From Candidatus Bipolaricaulia bacterium (GTDB lineage Bacteria > Bipolaricaulota > Bipolaricaulia > RBG-16-55-9): a stretch of DNA of 47,998 bases. Below the pieces are notes generated by a model. It saw nothing but the letters and a program-made list of their open reading frames with translations, was not told the origin of the DNA and did not search any database. A program made the translations under genes and the position numbers. The DNA lies in NCBI GenBank assembly GCA_042219045.1, contig JBDGQO010000037.1, forward strand, positions 1 to 47,998. The letters are read 5' to 3'. Shown piece by piece: positions 9,101-17,719 of the stretch. Within the stretch, counting starts at the first letter, position 1. Each line of letters begins with the position of its first letter.

Positions 9101-11609
9101 GGACGTAACCGCCGAATACCATCCGGTGACCTCGGAGGAGAAGCGCTTCCTCTTGAATCAGGCGGACACCTCCAATGCCATCGCGGCCTTCCGGAAGGAT
9201 CTCTCTCAGCTCGGGGGCCAGGCGGCGGTGCTTTTGGTAAGCGGTTTCCTCCGACCATCGAGAAACGAAAACGGGCCGGCCCTAGAAATGCTAGTTGTCG
9301 AACGAGACGGAGCCGTCGACACGCTCAAGCAGAACTCTCCGCCCCGTTTCGTCTCACGGAGCGTGCCGGGCGATACGACCGTGATGCCCGGCACCACTCT
9401 CGAGGGTCCCGCGTTCAATCTCGATGCGACCGATCCAGAGGGGGACTCGATCACCTACTCCCTGGATCAGGCCCCGAAGGGAGCGGCGATTGACTCGACG
9501 AACGGACAGTTCACCTGGACTCCCACGCTTACCCAGCGGGACTCGACGTACCAGATCAAGGCCCGCGCCTCTGACGGCCCGTCGGGCACCGATACGACGT
9601 TTGCGGTCACGGTCCAGACAAACAAGGCCTCCGTGCAGTTTGTCCACAACGTAGCGGACCCAAATGTTAAGAAGGTCGACCTCTACCTCGACGAGGCGAA
9701 GGTAGCCGACGATATCGCTTTCCGGTCGGCGACGCCCTTCATAAAGGTACCCGCCGATCTGACGGTCACTATGTCCCTCACCCCGGGATCGGCCGGCGGC
9801 GCCGCGGACTCGCTTTTGGCCCAATCGATCACTTTCGACTCCGATTCCATCTACACGGTCGCAGCCGGCGGCGTTGCCAACCCGGACAATTTCGCCAATA
9901 ATCCCGACGGCAAACACATCGGACTCGCTTTCTTTGTCGAGCCGGGCGCCAAGGCTAAGAGCTCCCCCAGCGGAAAGGGGATCGCCCTACGGATGGTTCA
10001 CGGAGTGACCGACGCCCCAACGGTCAATATCGTTGCCGACGAGTCGGTTTTGTTCCGGGGTCTCGCCTACGGGACCGTTACGTCAGACTACCGAACTGTG
10101 CCGGCCGAGGACACTCGATTCTTCGTCACCCCAGGTCCCCCTACCCGCGCCCTCGGGACCTTCCAGGCCGACACGCTGTCGAGTCTTCGTGGGCGCACGG
10201 CTACCCTCATTGCGTCCGGGTTCGTCGACTCGTCGGCCGTCAATCAGGGCGGGGCGGGACTTCAGTTGCTCGCAGCCTTGCCGAACGGGGAGATACTGTC
10301 GTTCGACCGCGTGAAGCCGACCCCCGATTCGATTTCGGTGAGCATTGACCAGTCGTTCAACGGGGGGCGACAGCGTAGCGATTATCGGTTGGTGGGGTTG
10401 CCTGGTCGAGTGGACCTTCCCATCGAAAACACGCTCCCCGGAAGTTCTCCGAGCGACTGGCGGGCCTTTACCGACAATGGACAGTCCCTCGTTGAATTCG
10501 ACGGGTCCAATCGATTCAATTTCCGACCGGGCCGGGGGTTTTGGCTCATCAGTGAGAACGACTGGAGGGTGTCCCGCTCCGTCCGCCCCGTGCGGCTCAG
10601 TGACAGCTCCAACGCCCACGTTCCCCTCCACGACGGCTGGAATATTATCTCCAACCCGCTCGGAAAAGCCGTCCCCTGGGCGGCCGTGCAGACCGAAAAC
10701 GGGATCTCCGGGGGACTTTTTCGATGGACAGGCTCCACCTACAGCCTGGACTCCACGTTTGCGTCCGCCCGGCGGGGAGTAGCATACTACTTTCTCAACG
10801 ATGCGGGCCTAGACACCCTGGACGTGCCTGCACTGAAATCGTCCCGCACGGCAGCAAGGAGCAAACGCACCGAGGGCCCCCGTCTGCGACTTGAGGTCTT
10901 GTCGGACAGCAGCGTGGTCGCATCGGCCTGGATCGGGATGCAGGCGGGCGCCAAAACTGGCCGGGACCGTTTCGATCGCGTGTCGCCGCCCCAGTATTTT
11001 GGACCCACGTCCCTCCAGGTCAAGAACGAGAAGATCGATTCCGACTTCCCACTTGTCGTGGACATCCGGCCCGCCGACGCGAACGGCCATACGTATCACT
11101 TTCGCCTCAACACCAATCCAGGAACTACGCTCATCCTGCGGGCCAAGGGAATCGATCAGTGGCGGGAGGGCCTTCAGGCTCGCCTCTACGACAACACCCG
11201 CGGCCGCACCATCGATCTCCGCGAGCAGTCCTCCATCGACGTGACTCCACAGCGAAAGTGGTCTACGTACACCCTGATCGTGGGACGATCATCGTACGTC
11301 TCCAATCAGATGTCGAGGTTCACCCCGGAGGAGTTTCGGGTATGGCCGAACTATCCGAATCCGTTTCGGGATCGCACAACGGTCAAGTACGCCCTTCCAA
11401 AACAGATGACCGTGCACGCCAGAATCTACGATGTGCTTGGACGCCGAGTCCGCACCCTGGTTCGCGGCAAGACGCAGCCTGCAGGCATCCACACGGTCAC
11501 CTGGGACGGCACGACGAATTCAGGGGGATCGGTGGCCAGTGGAACGTACTTCATCCGAGTCCGCGCCGGCGGCCACACTCAAACCTTCAAAATGGTCGTG
11601 ATACGATGA
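6120..11609 (+). CDS. 1829-aa T9SS-secreted surface protein: signal peptide, 4x [cadherin/He_PIG-like Ig + tandem DUF4397], C-terminal T9SS type A sorting/FlgD-Ig domain
   Basis: Four AQFIHNAADP/VQFVHNVADP and VHG(A/V)TDAP-type motifs; four N.PP.F...D.D.D...G.F.W.P Ig units; C-terminal NYPNPF...IYDVLGRRVRTLV...WDG...VASGTYF. Confidence 0.88.
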   Translation: MTRPDAPPFPSGFAFVLLCASLVAAASTGFARAPNRGRPAQPSPSHASVAETRFPVRARHSYARLPRNAEPTVEGRGKVYPLPQKPVPTPPTALSDTNPAFTSVPSDSTISLGQKLGGDDYKFKAKLSSGGDVTFKLLQRYNPPQGASIDSKTGQFTWRPRFDQRDSTYVIGVRASGPKGSPTNDTTFTVIVETDTTQAQFIHNAADPSIEAIDLYFENEKFRDDLSFRAATRFIYVPANFGLDVGFAPGSSSGPSDIIASQTITFDADSTYSVVANGVLNPDRFASNPDQEPIGFKFFVEASAKTSADGAQVAFRGVHGATDAPTIDILADGRKLFGKLTYEDVTQSYKSLSAGEKGLVVTPSDSFQTLKSFRADLSPLRGEAATLLASGFLDPSSNQGGPALRLLAVRPDGTVKQFPVNQTPQLVESSIPPDTTVLVPGPDVGGSAFDLDATDADPNDTVSFLLGQAPDGATLASSTGQFSWSPTFSQRDSTYQITVRATDGIDTTATSFSISVEAQTAKAQFIHNAADPNLQRIDLYLDTKKIADNLSFRAATSFLRVPAGGSVTLGVAKKDSRALSDTVASQSVTFTPDSTYTTVASGVLKPRNFAKNPNDKSTALKFYVEPGALQKSASNDSVVLRAAHGATDLPTVRLDQNGTTLFSNLTYGDVTPGYLTVPANEKRLVLTHQNAQIKAFQADTLATFGGRAATVLLSGFQDSSAVNQGGPSLQLIAALPNGEVVPLRKNRPPKFTSVPKDFSTKPKTKIDTSISVMDPDGDSVALSVTTPLPRRATFTDTSGRFTWTPTLTDRDSTYQVGVRASDGEAATDTAFAVTVQTGTAPAQFIHNAADPNIDTADVYLDGVRILNDFSFRSATSLQTQTVPTGVTAQLGIAPKTSRDSGDVLAAQPVTFSADSSYTIVASGLLEPDNFADNPAGKAVSFKFFVQNGARTQADGDQVNLRAVHSVTDAPSLDVEVVGNTLSAGTSVFKGIAYGDVTAEYHPVTSEEKRFLLNQADTSNAIAAFRKDLSQLGGQAAVLLVSGFLRPSRNENGPALEMLVVERDGAVDTLKQNSPPRFVSRSVPGDTTVMPGTTLEGPAFNLDATDPEGDSITYSLDQAPKGAAIDSTNGQFTWTPTLTQRDSTYQIKARASDGPSGTDTTFAVTVQTNKASVQFVHNVADPNVKKVDLYLDEAKVADDIAFRSATPFIKVPADLTVTMSLTPGSAGGAADSLLAQSITFDSDSIYTVAAGGVANPDNFANNPDGKHIGLAFFVEPGAKAKSSPSGKGIALRMVHGVTDAPTVNIVADESVLFRGLAYGTVTSDYRTVPAEDTRFFVTPGPPTRALGTFQADTLSSLRGRTATLIASGFVDSSAVNQGGAGLQLLAALPNGEILSFDRVKPTPDSISVSIDQSFNGGRQRSDYRLVGLPGRVDLPIENTLPGSSPSDWRAFTDNGQSLVEFDGSNRFNFRPGRGFWLISENDWRVSRSVRPVRLSDSSNAHVPLHDGWNIISNPLGKAVPWAAVQTENGISGGLFRWTGSTYSLDSTFASARRGVAYYFLNDAGLDTLDVPALKSSRTAARSKRTEGPRLRLEVLSDSSVVASAWIGMQAGAKTGRDRFDRVSPPQYFGPTSLQVKNEKIDSDFPLVVDIRPADANGHTYHFRLNTNPGTTLILRAKGIDQWREGLQARLYDNTRGRTIDLREQSSIDVTPQRKWSTYTLIVGRSSYVSNQMSRFTPEEFRVWPNYPNPFRDRTTVKYALPKQMTVHARIYDVLGRRVRTLVRGKTQPAGIHTVTWDGTTNSGGSVASGTYFIRVRAGGHTQTFKMVVIR

Positions 11610-11655
11610 TCGACCGCTGCCCGGGTTTGCTCCTATTGACTACGATTTCCGTGTT

Positions 11656-12213
11656 ATGAGATGCGACCGGCTTTCTCTTCTTCTGATACTGCCCCTCCTG
11701 CTTGCTTCCTGGGATGCTGCGTGCTACGGTCAACCGATGGACGGAACGATGTCTCTCAACCGCGACCTCACGTCCCCGATTCCTGCAAGCGCAAGGACCG
11801 ACGGCCTAAAGCCCGCTTCTAATGGGCCGGAAGCCGGTCGTACACCGGAAGCCCGTCGAGCAGCGGGCCGTTCTCAGGAGGCACTGTTTGCCATTCGAGG
11901 GCCCCGAACGCCTCCTCATCGTGTGCCCGCATCCTCCCCCACTTTCTCTCTTTCCCCGAGGTTCGTAGAGGCGATGCGCCCCTACGTCGCGGACGCACCC
12001 CTCACTCGAATGTACCTTCCCCCGCCCGCAAAAACGAACGGGCGCCCCCGTCCTCCAGAACAGAGCGCCCAGCAGGCAAATGGGAATGTACGCCTGTACG
12101 TCCTCATCGGGGCCGCCGTCCTCGTGGCTGGGTGGGTGTCCTACGCCGTTCTTGCGCGGAGTGAGAGCGAGGGCATTCCTCCTAAACCCCCCCCTCGCCC
12201 CCAGCCACAGTGA
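11656..12213 (+). CDS. Hypothetical exported protein with a C-terminal transmembrane helix and Pro-rich tail
   Basis: Hydrophobic N-terminus; LYVLIGAAVLVAGWVSYAVL helix; tail GIPPKPPPRPQPQ; follows the giant gene on the same strand. Confidence 0.6.
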   Translation: MRCDRLSLLLILPLLLASWDAACYGQPMDGTMSLNRDLTSPIPASARTDGLKPASNGPEAGRTPEARRAAGRSQEALFAIRGPRTPPHRVPASSPTFSLSPRFVEAMRPYVADAPLTRMYLPPPAKTNGRPRPPEQSAQQANGNVRLYVLIGAAVLVAGWVSYAVLARSESEGIPPKPPPRPQPQ

Positions 12214-12267
12214 GCCGCGCCATGGGACACTGTGGGCGGAGCGCGTGGCCGCGGGTCCGACGAACAC

Positions 12268-13581
12268 CTATCGCCGTACCGAAAAGTCCCCGTTCCCATT
12301 TCCGATATATAACCGCGTCGTCGGGCGTCCCGACCTTCCCTCCCCCGTAATCAAAAGGTCGAGGTGCCCATCTCCGTTCATGTCGGCCATCGAGGCGGTG
12401 CTAAACGAAACGCCCGCCAAAGAAGCTCCTGCCTGAGAAAGAGGCAGGCGTTCCCCGCCGAAATAGATTCGCGTGATCGAGGCCCCGCTGGGCCCCTCCC
12501 CCGTAATGAGAAGATCGGTCGTCCCATCTTCGTTGACGTCCCCCAGCGCCGTCGCTCCCGCCACGACGTCTGGAAGCCCCGCCTCTGCCCTCGCGAACGT
12601 GCCCTCCGCGCTCCCTAAATAAAGCTCCGTCGAGGGCCGCTCGCCTACACTCCGGCCGGTAAGGAGCAAGTCAGCATGCCCGTCGCCATTGAGGTCTCCA
12701 ATCGACGCAGATCCCTCCGTGAGGCCCGTTAGCCCGGCGTTCGCAGCCGTGAACCCGCCAGAGCCGTTCGCCAGATAGAGGGTCGTCGAGGGCGCCCCTG
12801 ACGTGTCGGTCCCGGCAATCAGAAGATCCGGGGTTCCGTCCCCGTTAACGTCCCCGACGGCCGAAGCACTTCTGGCCACGCCCCCAAGTCCCGCGGCGGC
12901 CTCCGCGAATTCGCCCTCACCATCGCCCAGATAGAGAGTCGCTGTGGGCGAGCCGGCTGTGCGATTGGGCCGTGAACGGCGTCGCCCGGTAATCAGAAGG
13001 TCGAGATGCCCGTCGCGATCGACGTCTCCGATGGAAACGGATCCCCCTGCAACCCCCGTCAATTCGGCCCCGGCCTCGGAAAAGTGGCCGTGCCCATCGC
13101 CGAGATAGAGGGTGGCAATCCGTCCCTCGGGACGCCCTCCTGTAAGGAGAAGATCCAGGTGGCCGTCGCTCCCGATGTCGCCGACCGCTACGGCGCCCCC
13201 CATAACGGTGGGAAGGGCACTCTCCACTTCTCGGAAGGCCGCCCCCTTCCCATTCAAATACAACATCGTCCGCGGACGGCTGCGGGTTGGGCTCGCGTTT
13301 CCGGTAATTAGAAGATCGGGATGGCCGTCGTTGTTCACGTCTCCGATCGCCGTATCGCCTCCGGAGATCCCGACAAGAGCCGTGTCGGCACGGGACGTTG
13401 TCCCCGTCCCCGCACGAATTTCTGGTTCCCTCTCAGCCTTTACCTGAACCAGGCCGGGCAGCCATCCCTCCTGTGTCCGACCGCCCTCCTGTGCTTGCAC
13501 CGGGAAGACCGTACCGAACGTTCCCCCCGCCAGGAGGAAAAGAAGGCCGGGCCAAATCTTACGCAAACAAAAGGCCATCAT
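12268..13581 (-). CDS. Secreted FG-GAP/VCBS repeat protein (seven-bladed beta-propeller)
   Basis: Signal peptide; seven (G/A)D-x-x-x-DG-x-x-DLL-x-x-G repeats (GDVNNDGHPDLLITG ... ADMNGDGHLDLLITG); no T9SS CTD. Confidence 0.9.
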   Translation of the reverse strand: MMAFCLRKIWPGLLFLLAGGTFGTVFPVQAQEGGRTQEGWLPGLVQVKAEREPEIRAGTGTTSRADTALVGISGGDTAIGDVNNDGHPDLLITGNASPTRSRPRTMLYLNGKGAAFREVESALPTVMGGAVAVGDIGSDGHLDLLLTGGRPEGRIATLYLGDGHGHFSEAGAELTGVAGGSVSIGDVDRDGHLDLLITGRRRSRPNRTAGSPTATLYLGDGEGEFAEAAAGLGGVARSASAVGDVNGDGTPDLLIAGTDTSGAPSTTLYLANGSGGFTAANAGLTGLTEGSASIGDLNGDGHADLLLTGRSVGERPSTELYLGSAEGTFARAEAGLPDVVAGATALGDVNEDGTTDLLITGEGPSGASITRIYFGGERLPLSQAGASLAGVSFSTASMADMNGDGHLDLLITGEGRSGRPTTRLYIGNGNGDFSVRR

Positions 13582-13676
13582 CAGTACGCTGCGGTTCGTG
13601 CTGGAAGAGCGAACTGGGTGGTCCGAACGGAGCGCGCGGCCTCGGACCCGGACGGCTTTGGAAGTCCGCGCTCCCG

Positions 13677-14528
13677 CTATCGCCGATACGAGGCCGAGAG
13701 GGTAAGCCCGATCAGGAGAGGCGCTTCCTCCCAGAGGTCCTGGTCAATAGGGGCTCCGATCAGGAGGCCCGGCTGTGCGGGCCCAACGTCCACCATGACC
13801 GTTCCCATGACGTGGTGCACGCTTTTCGCCCGAAACGACCCCGGCGCGCTCGGCGTGACGCGGCCCGTAGCGGTAAGTCCCGCGATGATTGGTCCCTTTT
13901 CGTACCACAGTTGCCCGCTGTACCGGAGGCGGGCCCGTCGTCCCGGATTTACGGCCCCTTCCGGGCGTCGCACCGCCACGACCCCTCCCCGAAGGCGCAC
14001 GCTCAGGTGCCGGCGAAGTAAGTACCGCCAGCTCAGGAGGGCGGATGCGTTCTGTTCCTCGGATCGGAAGGCGCTGCTGCGCCCCACATTTGCGAGCCGT
14101 CCCATCGCCAGGGCCGCGTCGTCCGCGGTGACTGGAACTCGGGCCCCGATCTCGAGGAGCAGGGGAACGGACAGGGCACTCAGGCCAATGCCCACGTAGG
14201 GATCGCCGACCATCGTCGTAGACCGGGGCGAGCCCACGGAGCGGTAGGCGAACGGGAGTTCAGCGATGACCTCCACGCGCCTCGTCACCCCAACCGACAG
14301 ATCCAGGTACGCAGCGCCGCTCGATATCCGAAAGTCCCCATCGCCGAGGGTCGGCACGACCCATTCCAGGGCAATCTGGTTGGTGCGATAGGGCGGAGTC
14401 CACATCGTTTGGGCGGACGCCCGCGTGGTGGTTGCGAGGAGGAAAACGACACTCATTCCTCCGAGCAGAACCGGCCAGTACCGACGAGAAGCGTAAGAGA
14501 CCACGATTCGGATCGAACGTGTAATCAT
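13677..14528 (-). CDS. Hypothetical exported protein, probable outer-membrane beta-barrel
   Basis: Signal peptide ending RASA-Q; alternating hydrophobic strands; C-terminal LLIGLTLSASY. Confidence 0.55.
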   Translation of the reverse strand: MITRSIRIVVSYASRRYWPVLLGGMSVVFLLATTTRASAQTMWTPPYRTNQIALEWVVPTLGDGDFRISSGAAYLDLSVGVTRRVEVIAELPFAYRSVGSPRSTTMVGDPYVGIGLSALSVPLLLEIGARVPVTADDAALAMGRLANVGRSSAFRSEEQNASALLSWRYLLRRHLSVRLRGGVVAVRRPEGAVNPGRRARLRYSGQLWYEKGPIIAGLTATGRVTPSAPGSFRAKSVHHVMGTVMVDVGPAQPGLLIGAPIDQDLWEEAPLLIGLTLSASYRR

Positions 14529-14624
14529 GTCGGACCCCCCTCCCTTCCTTCGGATCGACTCACAAACGCAAAAGCTGATCGGCCAAAGAGATGGCCCGGA
14601 GTCCCCCTACTTCACGATCACCTC

Positions 14625-14810
14625 CTAGTCGTCTCCAAGCTCCCGGATGCGCGCATCACCGACCTCAACGGTGATCGCCGGCCCATACTCTTCGCGGACC
14701 CGTCGTCTCCGCGCCAGTTTTTCCTTCGGACGCTTGACACTTGACTCCGACTGAGATCGCTCATCGGAATCCTCCGAGGGAAAAGAGGCTGACACGTTGA
14801 ACTCAGGCAT
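14625..14810 (-). CDS. Small hypothetical protein (61 aa)
   Basis: ATG-started ORF filling the gap within a same-strand gene run; no recognisable motif. Confidence 0.3.
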   Translation of the reverse strand: MPEFNVSASFPSEDSDERSQSESSVKRPKEKLARRRRVREEYGPAITVEVGDARIRELGDD

Positions 14811-14876
14811 TGGCCAGACTGGAATGATTCATAGAGGATCGATGCGCAGACCGAGCCGCTACGCTCTCGGTCGGGG

Positions 14877-15314
14877 TCACTGCCGTTGCGTGCCGCATTT
14901 CGCTTCCTTCACCGTGGTCCCGTCTCCGCTCAAAGCCTCCAGGCGGAGCGTCACGGTCCCGTCCTGTGCCTGGGCCTCAGCGGACGCGAAGGCACGGGTG
15001 TCCGGGCCAATGGTTACGGTCTTCGACCAGGAGGTGTCAGGACTCGCTACCTGCGTGGGATCCGACACGCGTTGCGTTCCCTGATCCGACTGGTACGTGA
15101 CGCGCGAGACGGAGGCCTTGCCCGACACCGTGAGGGAATAGAAAACCGTCAGCTCCGCATTTTGATCGACGCTCACCTGAAGGTTCTGGCAGCTGTTGTT
15201 TCCCCCGAACAAGCCACAGGCAGAAAGCCCTCCGGCGAGGATGAGTATTGTGGCCGTCCGGAAGATACGTTGAGAAGGGACCATGCGAGAACTTGGGAGT
15301 TGCAAAAAGGACAT
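14877..15314 (-). CDS. Lipoprotein of unknown function
   Basis: Lipobox LSAC (ILILAGGLSA-C); strong RBS AAGGAGG upstream of ATG 15314; beta-rich mature domain. Confidence 0.8.
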   Translation of the reverse strand: MSFLQLPSSRMVPSQRIFRTATILILAGGLSACGLFGGNNSCQNLQVSVDQNAELTVFYSLTVSGKASVSRVTYQSDQGTQRVSDPTQVASPDTSWSKTVTIGPDTRAFASAEAQAQDGTVTLRLEALSGDGTTVKEAKCGTQRQ

Positions 15315-15368
15315 TCTGAGCGTTCCTCCTTCCGTCGTCAGACTGGCCCCGCTAGGGCATCCTCTCGG

Positions 15369-16658
15369 CTACGACCGTGGGATCGGCTGCGCATCCTGCC
15401 GGATCCGCAGGAGGGCAAAGGCGAGGCTCTGCACAAATCCGTGCTCCTCCTCGTAATCGCGCAGGCGACGCATGCTTTCGTGCGGGTCATAGCCCCGCGA
15501 TTGCACTTCCTCGACGATGATTGACAGCCGTCGGCGAGAAGCACCCGACGCATTCAGCAGTTCGAGGGTCAGGAGGTGAACGAGAAGCTGGTCGGTGAGC
15601 CAGGCGGTGTGCATCCACTCCTCATTCACGTAGGTCCGCGTCCAGGACACCACCAGTTCCTGGTACCGCGCCTCCGCATCGTCGCGGAGGGACTCGTTTA
15701 GGGCGGCCCCCTCGCCCGTGAGATGGGGCCGAACCGTCCGCAACCGGCACACGTCCAGAAGACACGCGTCGAGGCGCCTCTTCTTCTGCGCCCAATCCGG
15801 ACGAGGTGCCTCTTTCAACCACGCCGTGGCGGCGTCCTCGAGACGAGCTAGTAGGGTAGGGACATACACGTTTTCTTCTTCGACGTCTTGACGAAGACGC
15901 CCAATCGCGGCCCGAAGTTCATTTTCGATCTGTTCGGGCCGTGGCAGCGAGGCATTTTTCACGAGGGCCGCGAGCCGGTCGAGGCGCCGCCGAAACTGCT
16001 GGGTGTCGGCCGGTCGCTTGCGCAGAACCGACACCCGGACCGGCGTCCGCCAGTGAACGGTTCCCTCCCGGGTCACCGGCACTCGCTCAACGTACGGGAG
16101 TTGGCGCTCGACGGGAGCCTCTTCAAGTTTTTCGACGACGGCCGCAGGCGTGTCCCGACGCCGCCAAACCTCTTCGAGCAGTTCCGTGGCCCGGGTCATG
16201 TCCTCCCGGGCTGCCTCATCGTCGAAGGCATCCTGATCGGGAAGAAGGCTCATCTCGGTGCGGGCCTCCTCAAGTGCGTCCTGGAAGGCCTCGTAGTCGG
16301 GAATCTCGACCGTAATCGACGCGCGAAGAGCATTCAGAATGCGGTCGACCTTTTGCTCGAGCACGGGGGCGTACCCGATGCTCTCGTACAGGGCCTGGAG
16401 CTCGTCGTGCTCTTCGGTCAGCGAGCGCAGCGCGTCCCGCTCTCCTTCCGGGAGGGCAAAAACCTCGTCGACGCTCGCGGGGTGAGGCTCCGCTCCTGTC
16501 CCGAACGGCCATAGACGCGGCACGAGGGTCCACACCCTCCAAGTGCCAATTCCCACCCCGAGGAGAAAGGCCAGTATGGCTCCGCCGATGAGCCATCCAG
16601 TACTGGGCATTGACAGGGTTGCGGTCGGGTTTATGATGAATAACTCTTCTTCCGGCAC
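15369..16658 (-). CDS. Hypothetical membrane-anchored alpha-helical protein
   Basis: 429-aa ORF; N-terminal TM WLIGGAILAFLLGVGIGTW; acidic helical remainder; short gaps to both neighbours. Confidence 0.7.
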   Translation of the reverse strand: MPEEELFIINPTATLSMPSTGWLIGGAILAFLLGVGIGTWRVWTLVPRLWPFGTGAEPHPASVDEVFALPEGERDALRSLTEEHDELQALYESIGYAPVLEQKVDRILNALRASITVEIPDYEAFQDALEEARTEMSLLPDQDAFDDEAAREDMTRATELLEEVWRRRDTPAAVVEKLEEAPVERQLPYVERVPVTREGTVHWRTPVRVSVLRKRPADTQQFRRRLDRLAALVKNASLPRPEQIENELRAAIGRLRQDVEEENVYVPTLLARLEDAATAWLKEAPRPDWAQKKRRLDACLLDVCRLRTVRPHLTGEGAALNESLRDDAEARYQELVVSWTRTYVNEEWMHTAWLTDQLLVHLLTLELLNASGASRRRLSIIVEEVQSRGYDPHESMRRLRDYEEEHGFVQSLAFALLRIRQDAQPIPRS

Positions 16659-16689
16659 TACGCCGCCGGCGTGGAGGAGAGACCATATG

Positions 16690-17265
16690 CTACGGGGCCT
16701 CGCCCATCCGGGTTACGAAGGCGCTGCCGGTATAGTCGCCCACTGCGTCGAGGCGGCGAGCGGCGGCGCTCCGCGTCTCGTACCGCCCCACCCACACCCG
16801 ATACAGGGTGCGCCCCTTCTGCTGTTCAGGCCGCACGAAGACGGTCTCGCCCGCACGCCGAACCCGCCGGGCCACCTGCTGGGCATTGGCCCGATCGGCA
16901 TAGCCGCCAATCTGGATGGTGAAGGCGGCTGTCGCGGCCCGTCCCGTGTCGGTCCGAGTCGACACCGGGGCCGCGGTGTCCCGCCTCGTCCCCCACGCGT
17001 CCGCCGGATCGTCGCGTTCTCTCTCGAGCATGGTTGCCCGCTCGTTTTGCGTGGAGTCGGCCTGCGGGGACGGGGGGACGGGCTCGTGCGTCCCCCGCTC
17101 GGACGGGGCCTCCGACCTCCTGGCCGTCGTGTCCGCTGCCAGCCGGGACACCTGACCGTTCAGGCCCACCACCCACCCCGCGAGAAACACGAGCACGAAG
17201 CAGACGGCGAGGCCCGCCAGGAGGGCAATTCCGGTCTCACGGCGGAGGGTGAACGTGTATTCCAT
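16690..17265 (-). CDS. SPOR domain-containing membrane protein (peptidoglycan binding)
   Basis: TM IALLAGLAVCFVLVFLAGWVVG; low-complexity linker; FTIQIGGY...NA...LYRVWVGRY..R.AA SPOR motif. Likely start ATG at 17265. Confidence 0.85.
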   Translation of the reverse strand: MEYTFTLRRETGIALLAGLAVCFVLVFLAGWVVGLNGQVSRLAADTTARRSEAPSERGTHEPVPPSPQADSTQNERATMLERERDDPADAWGTRRDTAAPVSTRTDTGRAATAAFTIQIGGYADRANAQQVARRVRRAGETVFVRPEQQKGRTLYRVWVGRYETRSAAARRLDAVGDYTGSAFVTRMGEAP

Positions 17266-17348
17266 GGGCACTGAGGGGCTACGTGAAGACGCAGAGAGTC
17301 TCCGCTCGCTCCCGCCCGAACGAATCAAGGGCTATGCGACAATCAGAG

Positions 17349-17651
17349 CTAAGCGACGATGTAGGTGGGATCGCCCATCGGAATCGTTCCGCCGTGCGAT
17401 GAAACGGCCCCCATTCCGGCCACTGGGGTGATTGCAATGAAATTGGGGACCCCCATCACAATGGGATCCACCGGGGGGACCCCCGCACACGTTGCCATCG
17501 ATCCCATCCCCGCAACGGGGAACCCCATAATCAAGAACGTCGGATCCATTGGGGCGGCGATTGGACCTCCAACGTGGGGAATGGGAGGAACGGCGGGAGT
17601 CATCATGGGACAGGCGTGAAAGTCGCCGACGAAAGCTGCGGGTCCAGGCAT
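17349..17651 (-). CDS. PAAR domain spike-tip protein
   Basis: MPGPAAFVGDFHACPM...PHVGGPI...PVAGMG..ATC...PVAGMG..SHGG: three degenerate PAAR repeats with His/Cys metal ligands. Start ATG at 17651. Confidence 0.85.
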   Translation of the reverse strand: MPGPAAFVGDFHACPMMTPAVPPIPHVGGPIAAPMDPTFLIMGFPVAGMGSMATCAGVPPVDPIVMGVPNFIAITPVAGMGAVSSHGGTIPMGDPTYIVA

Positions 17652-17719
17652 CGGTTTGGAAATCGGTTGATTGAAACGTGCTGGCGAGTGTGCGGGGCTA
17701 TGGCAGAACGAAATGCTGC

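Noticed and set aside
6120..13581. Recurrent DNA motifs that could mimic a CRISPR array
   Set aside because: They are degenerate in-frame protein repeats (Ig/DUF4397, FG-GAP). I saw no identical repeat-spacer array, cas gene, tRNA or rRNA in the window.
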